A stretch of DNA of 64,000 nucleotides from Lama guanicoe (GCA_013239625.1 MU053934.1:3242399-3306398); one strand, 5' to 3'. Counted from the stretch's first letter, positions 38,961 through 51,887 are shown. The notes: generated from the letters alone by a model not told the origin. Translations and numbers: made by a program.

Positions 38961-41900
38961 CTGACAAAAAGGACAACTCTGGATTTCTTAGCCCAGATTT
39001 TAAGGTTGTTTAGGTTGTTGAGTGGTTGATCCCCAAACCACATGTCCAGAATCATCTTCCCAAAATCCACTCCGGGTTTTCCTACCTCCGGACCTTGGCT
39101 CACATGGTCTCCACCTGGCATGCCCCCACCCAGAGGCCGGCTGGACCTCTTCCACAATCCTCCAGCCAAAATTAAACAAGATAATAGAGAGTGTTTCGCC
39201 CCGTGCCTGGCACATAGCAGGTGTGCAGTCATGGGGGTTCTGATGTCTGAGCAGAAGTCGTTCTGACCTCTCCAGCCCTGCTTATAAGGCTGGCTCAGCA
39301 CCAGCCCCTAGTCAGTAGGGTCACAGACCAATGGGTATCGCCTGTCAGCAAGCCCTACTGTGTGCAGACCCCATGCTGAGCACCTGGCAGATGGTCCACA
39401 TGTTTTCTGTCTGCTCAGAACCGGGGCTCATCCCTGAGGGTTCCCGTCTGAGTCCAGCAGTTATCCTTGAGTGAAACGTGCTTATAACTGTGTGCGTGTG
39501 TGCACGGACTAAATGCAAAATACATCAACCCATCCTCAATAGCACACAGATGAAAGGAAGCTGTTCAACAAGTATTTTTTGAGGACCTGCTAGTCTCTAC
39601 CTGTTTGGAGCTGCCATGCCATGAGAGAGACAGACAGGGAATCCCCCAGGTAGTGAGAAGGGCAGGGAAGGGAGGGTGGCAGGCCGGCTGACCCCACAGC
39701 CTGTGTCTCTCCAGGATTCAGAGAGGATTTGGGGGAAGAGACAAGATAAAGATAGGCCAGGGAGGGAAACTGAGTCAGGCTTGAGCCACGAGGCTGGGCC
39801 CGTAGGAATGGCTCCCTGCCTCCCCCTGAAAGAGGTAGGGACCAGCCTGCACACATGCACAGATACGAACACACAAAGACATGCCCTGCCTCCACACCAG
39901 CCCGTCTGCACACTCCAGCTGGAGCAGACCCGGCACCCAGGCCCTTCTCACACTTCCTCAGACCCCCCAGCCTGGCTCCAGGAAACAGTTTCTATGCATT
40001 TCACGGAGTGAAAGTAGAGGCTGAAAAGAGAGAGAAGGACGGACACACACATACATACACACACACACACACAACCCAAGCCCCACTCCAGGGAACCAGG
40101 AACGAACACAGGAGACAGATGGGAAGGGGGAGGGAAACCATCTACTTGACACCTACTATGTGCCAGACACAATACTTCACACTTGCCATTCTCTTATGTA
40201 ACCGACCTGAGAGAGTTAAGAACTCGGTACCATTACCCCCACTTTACACTGAGGAGACAGAACCTTCTGGAAGTTAATTTTCTTACCCAGGACACATGTC
40301 AAGGAGGAAAAGAGGCAGAATTTGGACCCTGAGCCTCTGCTCTTCCACAAGCAAGACGGGGGAGTGTGGCAGAGGGGTCTGGGGACCCCCAGCCAAGGCC
40401 ATGACAGACTCAGGCCTGGGGAAGATACTGGTCCTGGAGCAGCAACCCCTTCGTCACCCAGGGGAGCCCCTACGGAGCACCTACTATGTGCCCTGTGCTG
40501 TTCCAGGCACTGTGAGAGAAGCAGGGAGCAAGGAGCTGCCCTTGGGAATGTCACAGGTCACTGCAGAGGGAGGGGGCGCAGGAGGAGCGGGGAGCTGGGA
40601 CTGAGACCCAGGAGCTTTCCTACCCCTCTATCTCTGCAGACACACCCACTGCTTCCTTGTGGCAGGTCACTGTCCCCATTTACAGATAAGCAAAACAAGG
40701 CCCTGAGAGGTCTCCCAGCAAGAGGGGCGCCCCACGATGCCCAGGGTCCCCTGGCAAAGGAGTTCATCAGTTAACAGTTAATGATGCAAAGAGTCCACCT
40801 GTGGGGCTTCCTGGTTCCACTGCTGTGTGGCCCTGAGCCAGTCTGGAACCTCTCTGTTTCTTACCTGGAAATGTGAAATAATAATAGCTCTAACTGCAGA
40901 AGGCTTTGCGGGATTAAACGACTACCCCTTATAAAGAGCTTCACGCCAGGCCCAGCTCTCAGTAGAGGCTCAGTGAATATGAGCTAATATCATTATTATT
41001 ATTATCACTATAATTATTGCTGTCGGCAGCATCAGGCAGCCCGCGCCCTTCCTCTGGCACCCCAGGTGTAAGCAAGCTTGCCCAGCGTCAGTCCTCAGGG
41101 GCTCTCTGGGGTCTCCCTGGGGACTGTCTGAAGAACTGGGGGGAGAAGACAGGGGCTTTATTATTCCAAGCCCCCAGCCACCATCCCCAGTACTAATGGC
41201 TGTGCCTCTGCCCCAGGTGCTAACTGAGCCAGGAGAAGGTTAATTTAATAGGGGATTGGGCTGGGACAGCAGGAGGCAGAGGATTGAGTTAACCTTCTGG
41301 ACTATTAATGCTGTCCGCGAAGAGGCCTGACTTGTTAAGGAGACTTGGGCTTCAAGGCAATCCTGCTTCCCGGCTGTCTGCTCTGCACGGCACACTGTCA
41401 CAGCAGATTTGGCGGGGGGCGGGGTGGCAGGAGGGAGGACCCGGCCCAGGGGCATTGGAGCTGAAGCAGGGAGAGTAACTGTGATGGGTGCCATCCTGAC
41501 CCTGCCCAGGGATGCCACCCTCTCCCACTGGCTCATTGATGCCTCAAGGCAAGCAGCCACCGCCTTGGAGACAGATAGGAGAGGCTGATCCCCATGTGTC
41601 ATACACGGCCAGGACACAGCAGAGGTGTCACCAGAACTAGTTCTGCTTCCACAGCAGACACACTGCCAGACCCCAGGGGACAAGGGAGCCACACTGGGAG
41701 CAGGTACAGAGCCCCCAATGACCACCAAGGGCCAACCCCACCAGGGAACGCCTGGCAGCTGGAGGTACCCATTTCTATCACCCGCTCCATCTCGTAATGT
41801 CGTGGGGAGGGCAGAACAAGCCAGCGCTGGACTGGGAGTCAGGAAGCAGCCTCCACTGCAGCCACTGACCTCTCAGGCTTGGGGCCCTCACTCTGGCACA

Positions 41901-42832
41901 TCCCAATCCCCGCCCCCACTGCACGGAGCTCCCTGTCCCTCCATTCAATGAGAGTGCCCTGTGGGGCAGTGACCTACCAATCAGATGGGTTTCCCTGCGT
42001 CCACTGGGTGGGGGAGTTCTCACTAAAGAATGAAGCAACAACAGCTTACTTTACCCTCTGACCTCAGTTTGTTCATCTGTCAAATGGCCACAAAACTGCA
42101 GCCAGCCTGCCAGCCTCACAGGACTGCTGTGAGGATCCAAGGAGAGAAAAGAACATTCTTTACAAAGTTAGACTTAAAGCAAAACAGAGGAGCAGCTGCT
42201 CTGGGCTAGGGGACAGGACGCCCTCATGGGCTCACATGGACTGAGCCCCCACCATGTGCTGGGTACCCAGCCCCTGGAAGCCTGTAATCCCCTCTCACCT
42301 CCCTAACCACCGCTCCCCCTTCCCGGTGACAGATGAGAAACAGGCCCAGAGAGGTGAAGGCAATGCCTAAATCAGAAAACCCAGAGTGGCAACGTGGGAT
42401 TAGAACCAAAGGTCTCTGGCTCTCTGGTGGTGGCAGTTTTCTGTTGTTACATACACTTACACACACATACTCGCCCACCAGTACACACTCACCCAAGGGT
42501 CTGTGCGGCATGGTTAGGATGGGGTGGAGAACAGGACTGGCAGGGTCCCAGGTTGGGGGAGGGGGAGAGGGGACACCGTAAGTCGGGGAAGCAGTGGCAA
42601 TGCGCTATAAGGGGGACAGGCCCTAAGGAAAAGGGTCCCACATCCACTCAGGAAATGGGGCCTCTTGGGAGGGACTGCTTACTCCCAGGCTCCATCCCTC
42701 TCGCCTTCTTCCCCCTCACTACGTAGGGCACATAACCACACTTCATCACACACCCTCACGGTGACACCTCCCTCACCCTCCCACTGACATCACACATTCC
42801 GGCCCTTGGGGGTGACCCATCACACTGCTGTC

Positions 42833-42848
42833 CCAGTGACGTCACTGG
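42833..42848. promoter_or_regulatory. Full CRE (TGACGTCA) within a 16-bp palindrome
   Basis: CCAGTGACGTCACTGG, with further CRE-like variants nearby. Confidence 0.6.
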
Positions 42849-43674
42849 CAACCTAGAGCTGATGTCACACCCAGAGGTTCTCACTGACGTCGCACCCACT
42901 GCTCCCTGATACCCACTTCAATTTCTCCTCTTTCTTCCTGTCCGGGGACCGATGGCCCAAAGGTCCCCACCCACGAACACAGCTCATTCGGGACAGGCGT
43001 TTGCAGACAGTGTCTGCGTGTGCGTCTGCACTCATTCCTTTCCTCGGACACACACTTACACACGTGTGCAGGCCCCCATGCCCTACTGATGGCCGAGACA
43101 TGACACGTCCCACAGGTGCCCACAGACCCCGAGAACAGGTGTGTGAGCCAGGCACGCACACCGTACACCAGGCGGTGCTCCCTGCCCCACCCCACCCAAG
43201 ATGCAGCTCCCCATCTGGAAACGTCCCTCGTCCCTCGGTAACTAAATCTGGCCGCCTGGGGCCTGCAGCTTCCGCCACACTCCTCCAGGTGCTGCCAGCA
43301 CCCCCCCTCCCCCCAGCTTCTCTTCTCCAACAGCCTGGCCTGCTGACAGCAACCACTGCAGCCCGGACACACAACACCTGTGTCCCGGCAAGGGGACTGA
43401 CCTGCCCTCCAGAGGCAGCCACTGGGGTGGGAGGGGTCCAGGTGGAACAGGCACAGCAGGGAGCCCAGAGCCACAGAAAGTGCCCTCAGGTACCACAGTT
43501 TTCCCTGGCTGAGCCCAGCGGGGGTCAGCGCCACCCTCCTTGGGCACGCCTGACACACCACGGCCTGGCTGCCTCTGCCCCGGACACGAGCTCCCAAGTG
43601 CACACGCGTGCAAACACATCAGCTCTCTCCCCTCCAAACATTCTGAGGAAACGCTGCTGGGCCACAGAGTGAGA

Positions 43675-43698
43675 GTGTGTGTGTGTGTGTGTGTGTGT
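43675..43698. repeat. (GT)12 microsatellite
   Basis: Direct inspection; lies in a CA/TG-rich zone of intron 1. Confidence 0.95.
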
Positions 43699-44348
43699 AC
43701 ACAGACAGAGCGCTGGGGTCCACCCCTGCACACAGCCCTGTGTGCACACACACAGCACACACATCCCTCCCCACGTGCACACACCGCCCCACCAGCCAAC
43801 ACACCCACCCCCTGCCCCCTTCTTCTGCCAGTTGTTGGAGCCCACACATGCAAATACAGACACACACACAGACACACACACACACTCACACACCAGCCGG
43901 CAGTGGCCCTGGCCTTGCCAGAGCTGCAGTCTGCCGATTTCTGCTGCTTCCCCGGGCTGCCTCCCTGCTTGCCCCACACCGGCGCCACGGAGAAAGGAGC
44001 AAAGCCTTCGCAAGGGTCCCCACCCCCCCGGGACCCCTACTCCCCACTTCCTGTCCTCTTGTCAAACCCATCGCCCTTCTGCGGGGAAGAGGGGGATAAA
44101 GCCCCACCCTGGCCCCCTCCCCCTGGAGCTGTCATCCAGCCCCAATCAACTCCCCCTTACCAGCTACGAAGATGAATTCCTTGACCCCGGCAGCACTCCG
44201 TGAAAGAGGGGAGCGAAGACCCCCGGATTGGCACAGATTGAGGCAGAGAGGTGCGGTGTGGCACTGGCTGGCACGACCGTCCACCATCAAGCCTCTGCAC
44301 CACCCCCCAAAACTGCTCACCTCACCCACCTTCCTCCTCGTCCTCCCA

Positions 44349-44377
44349 CCCCCCCCCCCCCCCCCCCCCCCCCCCCC
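44349..44377. repeat. C29 homopolymer
   Basis: Direct inspection. Confidence 0.9.
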
Positions 44378-44399
44378 ACCCCCCCAACCCCCTACACAG

Positions 44400-45260
44400 G
44401 GCGGACCTCCGGGGGTCTTACGGGGACCCCCAGACCCAGGAGGCACTGGGGGTGGCTCTCCCGTCTCATCCTCCCCCGGCTGGGTACCCCTTCAAGCCCC
44501 AACCCCACTGGCGGAGGGGGTGTCCTCGGGTCCCAGCGCCCACTCCCACCGTCTCCGGCCGGCCGCGGCCGCTCAGATCCGAAGGAATTCACTCACCTCG
44601 GGCCCCAGCCGGGCTGCGGGCCGAGCGCCGCCTCCGGCCGCGGCGGCTGCGGAGCCTGCGCGCGGGTGCGAGTGCGAGTGCGAGCGCGGAGCGATGTGCG
44701 CGGCGCCCGGCGGGCTTGGCGCGCCGGCCGGGGCTCGCTGCGCGGCGTGTGTCTGTGGCGGGGCGGGTGTGTGTCTGGGAGCCGGCGTGTGCGCGCAGAC
44801 CCCGCCGCCGCCCCTCTGCCTCGCGGGGGCCCGCGCCCGGGAGGGGGCCGGGGCGCCGCGTGCGTCAGGGGCCGCGGCCGCGGTCCGTCCGCCGCCCGCG
44901 CCGCCCGCGCCCTCCTTAGGCCTCTCCGCAGCGAGACCCCTCCCGCCCCTTCTCCCGGCTCGGTGCTGCCGCGGACACACGCACGCTCGCAGACACACGC
45001 CCGCCGGGCGGGGGCCGCGCCTGGCTCCGCCGCCGCTGCAGCCGCGGCCCCGCGGACGGCCGAGCCCTGGGCACGCCCCGGCCCCCAGCCCCGCTCACCC
45101 CGCGGGGACCCGGTCCCGCCGCCGCCGCCGCCGGCGCATTCAACAGCTGGAGGCAAACTTGCGGCGGGAGGGCCGCCCGAGGTGCGCAGCGCCTCCCAGC
45201 GCCCGCCCAAGGACGCCTACACCCCCAGGCTCCCGTCGCACCTGTGGACCCCACAACACC
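44400..45260. promoter_or_regulatory. CpG island / main promoter of the minus-strand gene
   Basis: Very high GC and CpG density, GGGCGG boxes and GCC runs; contains the exon-1 donor. Confidence 0.9.
44597..44790 (-). other. ELFN2: Non-coding first exon (5' UTR) of a minus-strand gene, tentatively ELFN2; 5' end approximate
   Basis: Lies in the CpG island and ends in a consensus donor GAG|GTGAGT (plus-strand actcac at 44591-44596). No ATG on the minus strand. The gene name rests only on recalled architecture (UTR exon 1, an internal CpG island, UTR exon 2 about 9 kb downstream, then a long intron to a single large coding exon), not on a sequence match. Confidence 0.55.
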
Positions 45261-46463
45261 CCACCCCGCTGGCAACACGAAAAGTGTGTGTGCTGCATTC
45301 CCATTTTACAGGCGAGACAACTGAGGCTCGGTGAGAGCAGTGACTCCCGCAAGGTCATACAGCGAGCTTGATAGCAGAGATAGTATTAGACTCCAGGTCT
45401 CTCTGTCCTTGGGCCAGGACTCTGGGCTGCTGCTCACTACCTTTCCCCACCCCTCAGGGAGTATGCCCAGAGGGACACTAGGCTCTGTTGCAGCCCAGAG
45501 AAACCTCCTAAGTCCCTTGAGCTCGAGTTCCTCCCTGGCCACCGTTCCCACCCCTTCACCCCCCATAAACACACATCTGCGCCACCTACAGAGGTAGGAG
45601 ATGCAGCAAGAAGCTCTGGCGTCCAGAGTCTGTACCCCCTGCACTTGGGCACACAAGTGCCTGGTGAGATTTGGCTTATGTCACGTGCAGAAGAAACCGG
45701 AGCCTTCTCCACACCTGCTACCGGTTGAAGCCCTGCCTGGAGCAGGCCCTGTGTATCTCAATCACTTTCATGGGGTCGCATGCGCCAGTGCCTGTCCTCA
45801 GGTAGTGCACAGCAGACCGACTGCAGGAACTCCCAGCAGGAGCATCTCATCAAGGCCAGGAATGGGAGAGCCTCCCTGGAAAAAGCCATTGCCTGAGCTG
45901 AATCTTGACGGATGAGTAGGAGTTGGTCAACTGAAGAAGGTGGAGAAGGATGTCCCAGGCTGTGGGAACAGCCTGTGCAAAGGCACAGAGGCATGAAACC
46001 ACCTGGGGTGTGTGTGCAGGGAACTCCACAGAGTTAGGTATTACCAGAGCAGAAAGAACGTCTGTTCAGAAATTCCTCCTGTCTGTCAACTGAAAACAGG
46101 AAAGCAGGTTCGGAGTGGGACTAGGAGAGCTGACAAGCCATGGGACGCAGGCTACCGAGGTCATGGTTTCTCCAAGTAGAAGACAGACTGTTGAGCATGC
46201 CAACTCTGCCCTCCACAACTACACTCGAGGCTGCCTGGCATACTCCTATCCACCCTTCAAGGCCCACTGCTGCAGAGCCAAACAAGCCATTATGTCGTCT
46301 CTGCTCTCTACACTGAGCTCTCCTAGAGGGCAGGGGCCGTATGGAACACACTGTACGTTCCTGGACAGGGCTGGGCCTGAAGCAGGGTCCCAGCCCAAAG
46401 TCCTTGCTGTACGAGCGGTCCCCCACCACCCCGCCCATGTCAGGCGGAGCGACAACGGCCTCT

Positions 46464-46495
46464 GCGCCCTCTGGTGGATGTAGGGCGAAACTGCA
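46464..46495 (-). promoter_or_regulatory. CTCF site with core plus upstream motif
   Basis: Minus strand TGCAGT-TTCGCCCTACAT-CCACCAGAGGGCGC. The core matches CCASYAGRKGGCRS exactly. Confidence 0.75.
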
Positions 46496-47073
46496 GAAAA
46501 TTCCCCAATCTGCCCCTGTGGCTGAGGCTCTCCGGTGCAGAGGCCTGCAGACATGGGCACTGGAGGACGCTCACCTAATCTCCTCTGGCCCGAGACACTG
46601 AGCATTGACCCCCAAGGAGTACCAGGCAGCGGACGGCAAAACAGTCTTCCGGTTCTGTTTGCGTGACTTTCCCAGTCATCTGCCAAAGGACAAATCACAC
46701 CCCTCTCTGAGCCTCAGTTTCCTTCTTTGTGAAGTGTGAATATGAGAAGCAGCCTTTAAAAGAAAAAAAAAATAAAATAAATTTTTTAGAAAAGAGAGAG
46801 AAGCAGCCTTGTTCCCCAGCACAATGCTGGAGCTCACCACATGGGAACTTCCTTCCCCTGGAACCTCCAGGTCTGGTGAACTAGCGCTGAGATGGTTTAA
46901 AACTCTGAAACGTTCAAAGATTCTCCCATCAGAGACTTTGCCCTTGGTAGGCAGACATAAATTGACAAGACTTTCAGACTCTTAACTTAGTCACCTCCAC
47001 CAGACGGAAGATGGGGTTGGCCTGAGCTAACTGAGGGTCACGGTGGGTACCCCCTGACTGGGCTTCCCTAGAC

Positions 47074-47278
47074 CAGCGCCTTCCAGCAGAACTGTCTGCA
47101 ATGATGGAAATGTTATATATTTGCACTGTCTATTACAGTAACCACTAACCACAGGTGGCTATTGAGTGCTTGACGTTGTGGCTAGTGGGACTGAGGAACT
47201 GAATATTTTATTTTGATTTTATGAATTTAGATTTAAATGGCCATCTGTGGCTAGTGGCCACCATGTTGGTTAGCACAG
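47074..47278 (+). mobile_element. MER3 (hAT-Charlie MITE), near full length
   Basis: cagcg...gatggaaatgttatatatttgcactgtc...gtggctattgagtgcttga...gtggctagtggccaccatgttggttagcacag; flanks resemble the NTCTAGAN target. Confidence 0.85.
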
Positions 47279-47309
47279 GTCCAGAAATACAGCAAACCAG
47301 GCAGCAATA

Positions 47310-47980
47310 AGTCCATCCCTGTCGTCATTGTCCCAAGTTAGGCCTTGCCATCTTTCACCTGAACACCTGCAGCAGCCTCCTTCATCACCCATCTATCTAA
47401 CCCCTCCAGTGTCTCCCCAGAGCCCATGCAGGGATGCAGTTCGTTTCATTTTTCATGACAATGCCAATTGATTGGCAGCAGCTCCCTCTGCAGAAAGTGT
47501 CGTGATCAGCTGGTGATGTCTGCCTTGGGTGCAAACACAGAGATGAATGGTACACCCTCCCTGCTAGGGAATAAAACCCAAACTCCTTACCTTGCCCAAG
47601 TAAGGCCCTTTGCACTCAAGGCCTTACTTACGTCTCTAGCATCGTCTTGTATCACCTCATACAGGCTCTGGGTCCCAGTGACTCCAGTATCTCCTCTTTC
47701 CAGAACATGCCATGAAACTCTCACCCCATAAACTCCACATCTTTGTGCTTTTGATCATGCTGTTCCCTCAGCCTGGAAGACTTTATTCCTTTCATATTCC
47801 TTCCCCAACTGTCTACTTCCAGTCTATCATCAGATACTGCTCAAAGTCCGCCTTCTCAGTGAAACCTTCCCTGACCATCCCTAAGCTGAGCTGGCCAAGT
47901 TACTTCTTCCTCCCCTGGCTCCCAGAACAGTCTGTGTAGGCCTTAGTTACAGCGCGCATCACATCGTATCATTATTCATT
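47310..47980 (+). mobile_element. L2 LINE fragments
   Basis: gccatctttcacctgaacacctgcagcagcctcc; ataaaacccaaactccttacc; tgctgttccctcagcctggaa. Confidence 0.7.
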
Positions 47981-49329
47981 CTCACATGTGTCCTCCCCCG
48001 AATTACATCTCACTTCATCACCTCTCATAGTAGCTACCTGGTATGGGGCTCGCTCAGGGCAGGCAGGGTCCTTAACATACATTATTCTCATTAATATTCT
48101 CATAAAATGTTCACATAAAATTGTGAACATTAGGGGCTTTTGTCCTGGGAACCCAGCATCTATCCCCCTTCCCACCAGCCTCCCACTTTCCTCTTTCCCC
48201 ACCACCATGCACAGTCTTGGTGGAATTTGAGTCAAAGTGCCTCCCCCAGCCCACGGCTGAACTAATTGAGTCTTGAGCAGAATGATGCAAGGACAGAAAA
48301 AACAACAGAAGCAAAACCAACCCAGAAGCCTCAGCACGAGATGATGCACAGGCATTTCCAGCTGCCTGGACCCCTGTCCCAAATCCCAGACCCTCATAGG
48401 CTCTGGGATCTTCCAGCAGTTCCTGAGAGCTGCCTCTCACAGCCCACCAAGTGCCCTTTTTTCCTGAGTTGACCAAATGTGGTCACATCCAAATGACCTT
48501 ACTGCCCTGGCCGTATCACCACATGTTTCCAGGACAGCTTCCTTTCTGACGGCTTAGAAAACAGAGGAGAGAGAGACAGACAGGCAGAGGAACCCATAAA
48601 TTGCTAAAAAGCTTCCTGTGCTGTTTAAGGTAAAAAACAAGATCTGCCCTTTGCACTTGAATTTTTTTTTCACTTAGTCTGCGTGGCATTTCCAGTTGAT
48701 GCTAAGAAAATTAGGTTAAGTGATTCTTTTAGAGAAACACACACACTGACCGTGGATGGGGTGTCATATTCCTTTTTTTGGATTCAGACCAAAAATCGGA
48801 TTTTCTGCTGAGCTTCCAATGCTGGAAACGCGAGCTATGATCACTAAGGACCAATGAGGAGACAGGGAACCCAGAGGGAAAAATAATGAAGTTTCCCCAC
48901 TAAAACCCCTGCCCCTGGCCCATCATGGAATCATCCCAAATTTAGTATAAAGAGATAGATTCCAGCTGCCTTCTCAGGGCCTCTTAGCTGGGGGCGTTTG
49001 GTTTTGCTGGGCACTGTGACAGGTCAGGGGATGCCAGGTGGAAGGTCAGGGTTAGGGAGCACATCACAGCTGCACCTAATAAGGATGAGAGCGTTTGGAG
49101 CTAGAGCTTGAGGAAAAGTGCATGGGAGGCAGGAGAGGAGACGGCAGGTCAGCAGGAAGGTGAGAGGAAAGCCCCCAGAGGACATCTAGCTGTGGAGGAA
49201 TTTTGGAGAAGACACAGATTTCGAAAGGGGATTTTTCAGTTATTTTGCTGCAGAGCATGCAATGTAAGCCCCTCCCCCCACTTCAGCCTCCCCACCCCCA
49301 CCCTCTTCAGAAAAACCTACATGCTTATC

Positions 49330-49850
49330 ATATCAGTCATCTATTGCTGTGGAACACATTACCTCAAAGCTTAGCGGCTTCCAACAGCAAAAGAATAGTG
49401 GTTATTTCGCAGTTCCTGTGGTCCAGGAATTTGGGAGTGGATGATTCTGGCTTAAGACCTTGCCTAAGACTGCTGTCAAGGTGTTTGGTTGACGCTGCAC
49501 TCGTCTGGAGGCTGCCCTGGAGGATCTGCTTCCCAGACGGTTCATTCCTATGGCTGGCAAGTTGGTGCCGGCTGTTGGCAGGAGGTCTCAGCTCCTTGTC
49601 ACAAGGACCTGTCAACAGGACTGCTCGAGTGTCCTCACAGCATGGCGGCTGCCGCTCCCAGAACGAGAACAAGGAGGAAGCCACAGTTCTTGCATGACCT
49701 AACCTCAGAAGTTATACACTGTCATTCAGGCAATTTCCTATTGGTTGCACGGGTGTGCCCTGTGCACTGTGCACTGTGGGAGGGGACGATGCAGGGTGTG
49801 AATTCCAGGAGGAAGGTGTCAACAAGAGCCATCTTGGGGGCCAGTGGGCT
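49330..49850 (-). mobile_element. MaLR LTR (MLT1F/G/H-like)
   Basis: tcagtcatctattgctgtg...ggaggatctgcttcc...ggctggcaagttggtgccggctgttggcaggaggtctcag...gccatcttgg. Confidence 0.8.
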
Positions 49851-51887
49851 GGAGGTCAATCAATGATATTTGGGAAAACTGAGGAAGTTCCATGTTCTGC
49901 ATCCAGGCAAGCAAAGGTGAAAACAGAGCTAGGGGTGTGGATACAGTAGCTGGAAGATCTAATTCCATAGGATTCTCTGATTCTGAGAGTCTATAATCCT
50001 CATAGTCCATGAGTCAAGGGCAACTGAAGGCCCAGTGGGGCCTGAGGAACATATGTAAAGTCCCTGCTGAGGTTAGACAAGAGGGTACCTGTGAGGGCCA
50101 GAGGCCATGGCCATACCCTGGGGGATATTTGGAACTGTCCAGGTAGAGACTCTTTGGTCCAGAGATCCAATTATGGGAGGGGCCCCAGGGAGCCTCATTA
50201 GGGGTGCTGATGGCACCCTGCCTGCCTGGCCTGGAGCTGAGATTCCTGGGTGGTGAGGTTGGCCAGCCTGCCTCCCTGACAGCCATAGCAGAGCAGGCCT
50301 GGAGTATCCCCTGGGGACAGGGGAGGGATGAGAGATCCCCCTGTTGATACCCCTGGTGCTTCCACTAAAATGTGAGCAGCTCCCGGGCCCAGTCATGTCT
50401 GACCCGGCCTGTGCCCTGGGAGCCGAGCCCCTCACCAGGCACAAAAGTAACTCCTCCCAGTGGCACAGGGTCTCCTCTGAGACACCCCCCAGGGACAGCT
50501 GGAGGGGATCAGGAGGCTTGGGGCTCTATGCATCCCAGCTTCTGCTACCCACGAGGAAAAGGCTGCTTGCACCGTGGGGGTGTCTGCCATGTGGGTCCTT
50601 CCATGGGGCTCCAGAATTCTGTCGTCCGGGGATTCTGCTGGAGTCTCAGGCCTGGGCCCTGCAGCCACAGCAGGGGGGTGGCGTGAGTCTCAGCTGGCTC
50701 AGCGGCCACTACGAGGTCAGCCAGGCAGCTGCATTATTAAACCATCTATCTGGCTTTGCCCGGAGGGATGCTGGGGGCGGGGGGCAGACGCGCTTCTACT
50801 GCCTGGGTCCGGAACTGGGGCAGCAGGAAGGCCCTGGGAGCTGGAGGTCATTGGCCTCGTGGCCGATCTTGTCACCGCTGACCCGGGGCCGGCTCCAAGG
50901 CTCCGGATGCCGCAGGGACTGGAGAGGAGCTGACTGGCTGCTTTCCTTGTGTTCTTTCTCTGCTCAAAAACATCCAGGCTCTGACTCCACAGGGTAATGC
51001 GCCAACTCCTGACACTAGCATCTGGAGTTTTCTGCAACCTGGTCACATTCTACCTAGAATCATAATCATAGCTTGAAATGGAGGCGTTTACTATCTCTTT
51101 CAGGCTTGATGCCAAGTGTTCCCCATGAATTAAAGTCTCAGTGAATAATGACAGCAATCTTACCAGTACTGATTGTTTTTATTCCTGTTTTACTGATAAG
51201 GCTCAGAGATGCTGAGTGATTTGACCAAGATCACACAGCAAGGAAGAGGCAATACTGCAATTTACCCAGTTTCTCCTGCTGATGGAACCATCCTGTGGCC
51301 ACAGGGTTCTTGGGGTATTTTAGGCTTGTAGCCCCATTCTTAGCCCCCATCCCATCATTCCCAGCTCTCACCTTTGTACCTAGCGTTCTCTCGATCTAGA
51401 ATCCAGGTATGATGGTGGGGTGAGTAGCTGTGTATTACTCAGGTTTTCGGGGAGTGGTGGGTGTTTGTGACTGCTTCCAAGTTACTCAGGCCCCAGACAC
51501 AGATGCCACTTTGATGTCTCCTGGTTTCCCTGCAGATCCGATCCATCAAAACCTCTAATCAGCTCTGCCTCCAAAATGTACCCTAAACCCAGCCCCATCC
51601 CTCCTCCTCACTGTCACAAAGGCAAGGGTGAGGTCCATCCTCTGCACCTCAGTTTGCTCAGAATCTGACATGCAGCACGCATTCCACAAATATTTGTTGA
51701 ATAAAATGATCAAGTTCATGCTTGTGTGAACAAATGAAGGAAAGAAGGAAGAGTAAGCAGATGAGGAAAGAAAATGTATGGGAGCAGAAAGGCAAGTAAA
51801 TTTAGCTCTGCCCTGGGAAAGAGGTATGGGGAGGGAGCGCGGGCAGCACTGAGCAAAAGGAAAACTTCACATAAGAAGAGATGCTCC

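Noticed and set aside
44172..45371. 399-aa and 368-aa plus-strand ORFs with a poly-Pro run
   Set aside because: Stop-poor CpG island open in several frames on both strands; the poly-Pro comes from the C homopolymer and the C-terminus runs into a MIR.
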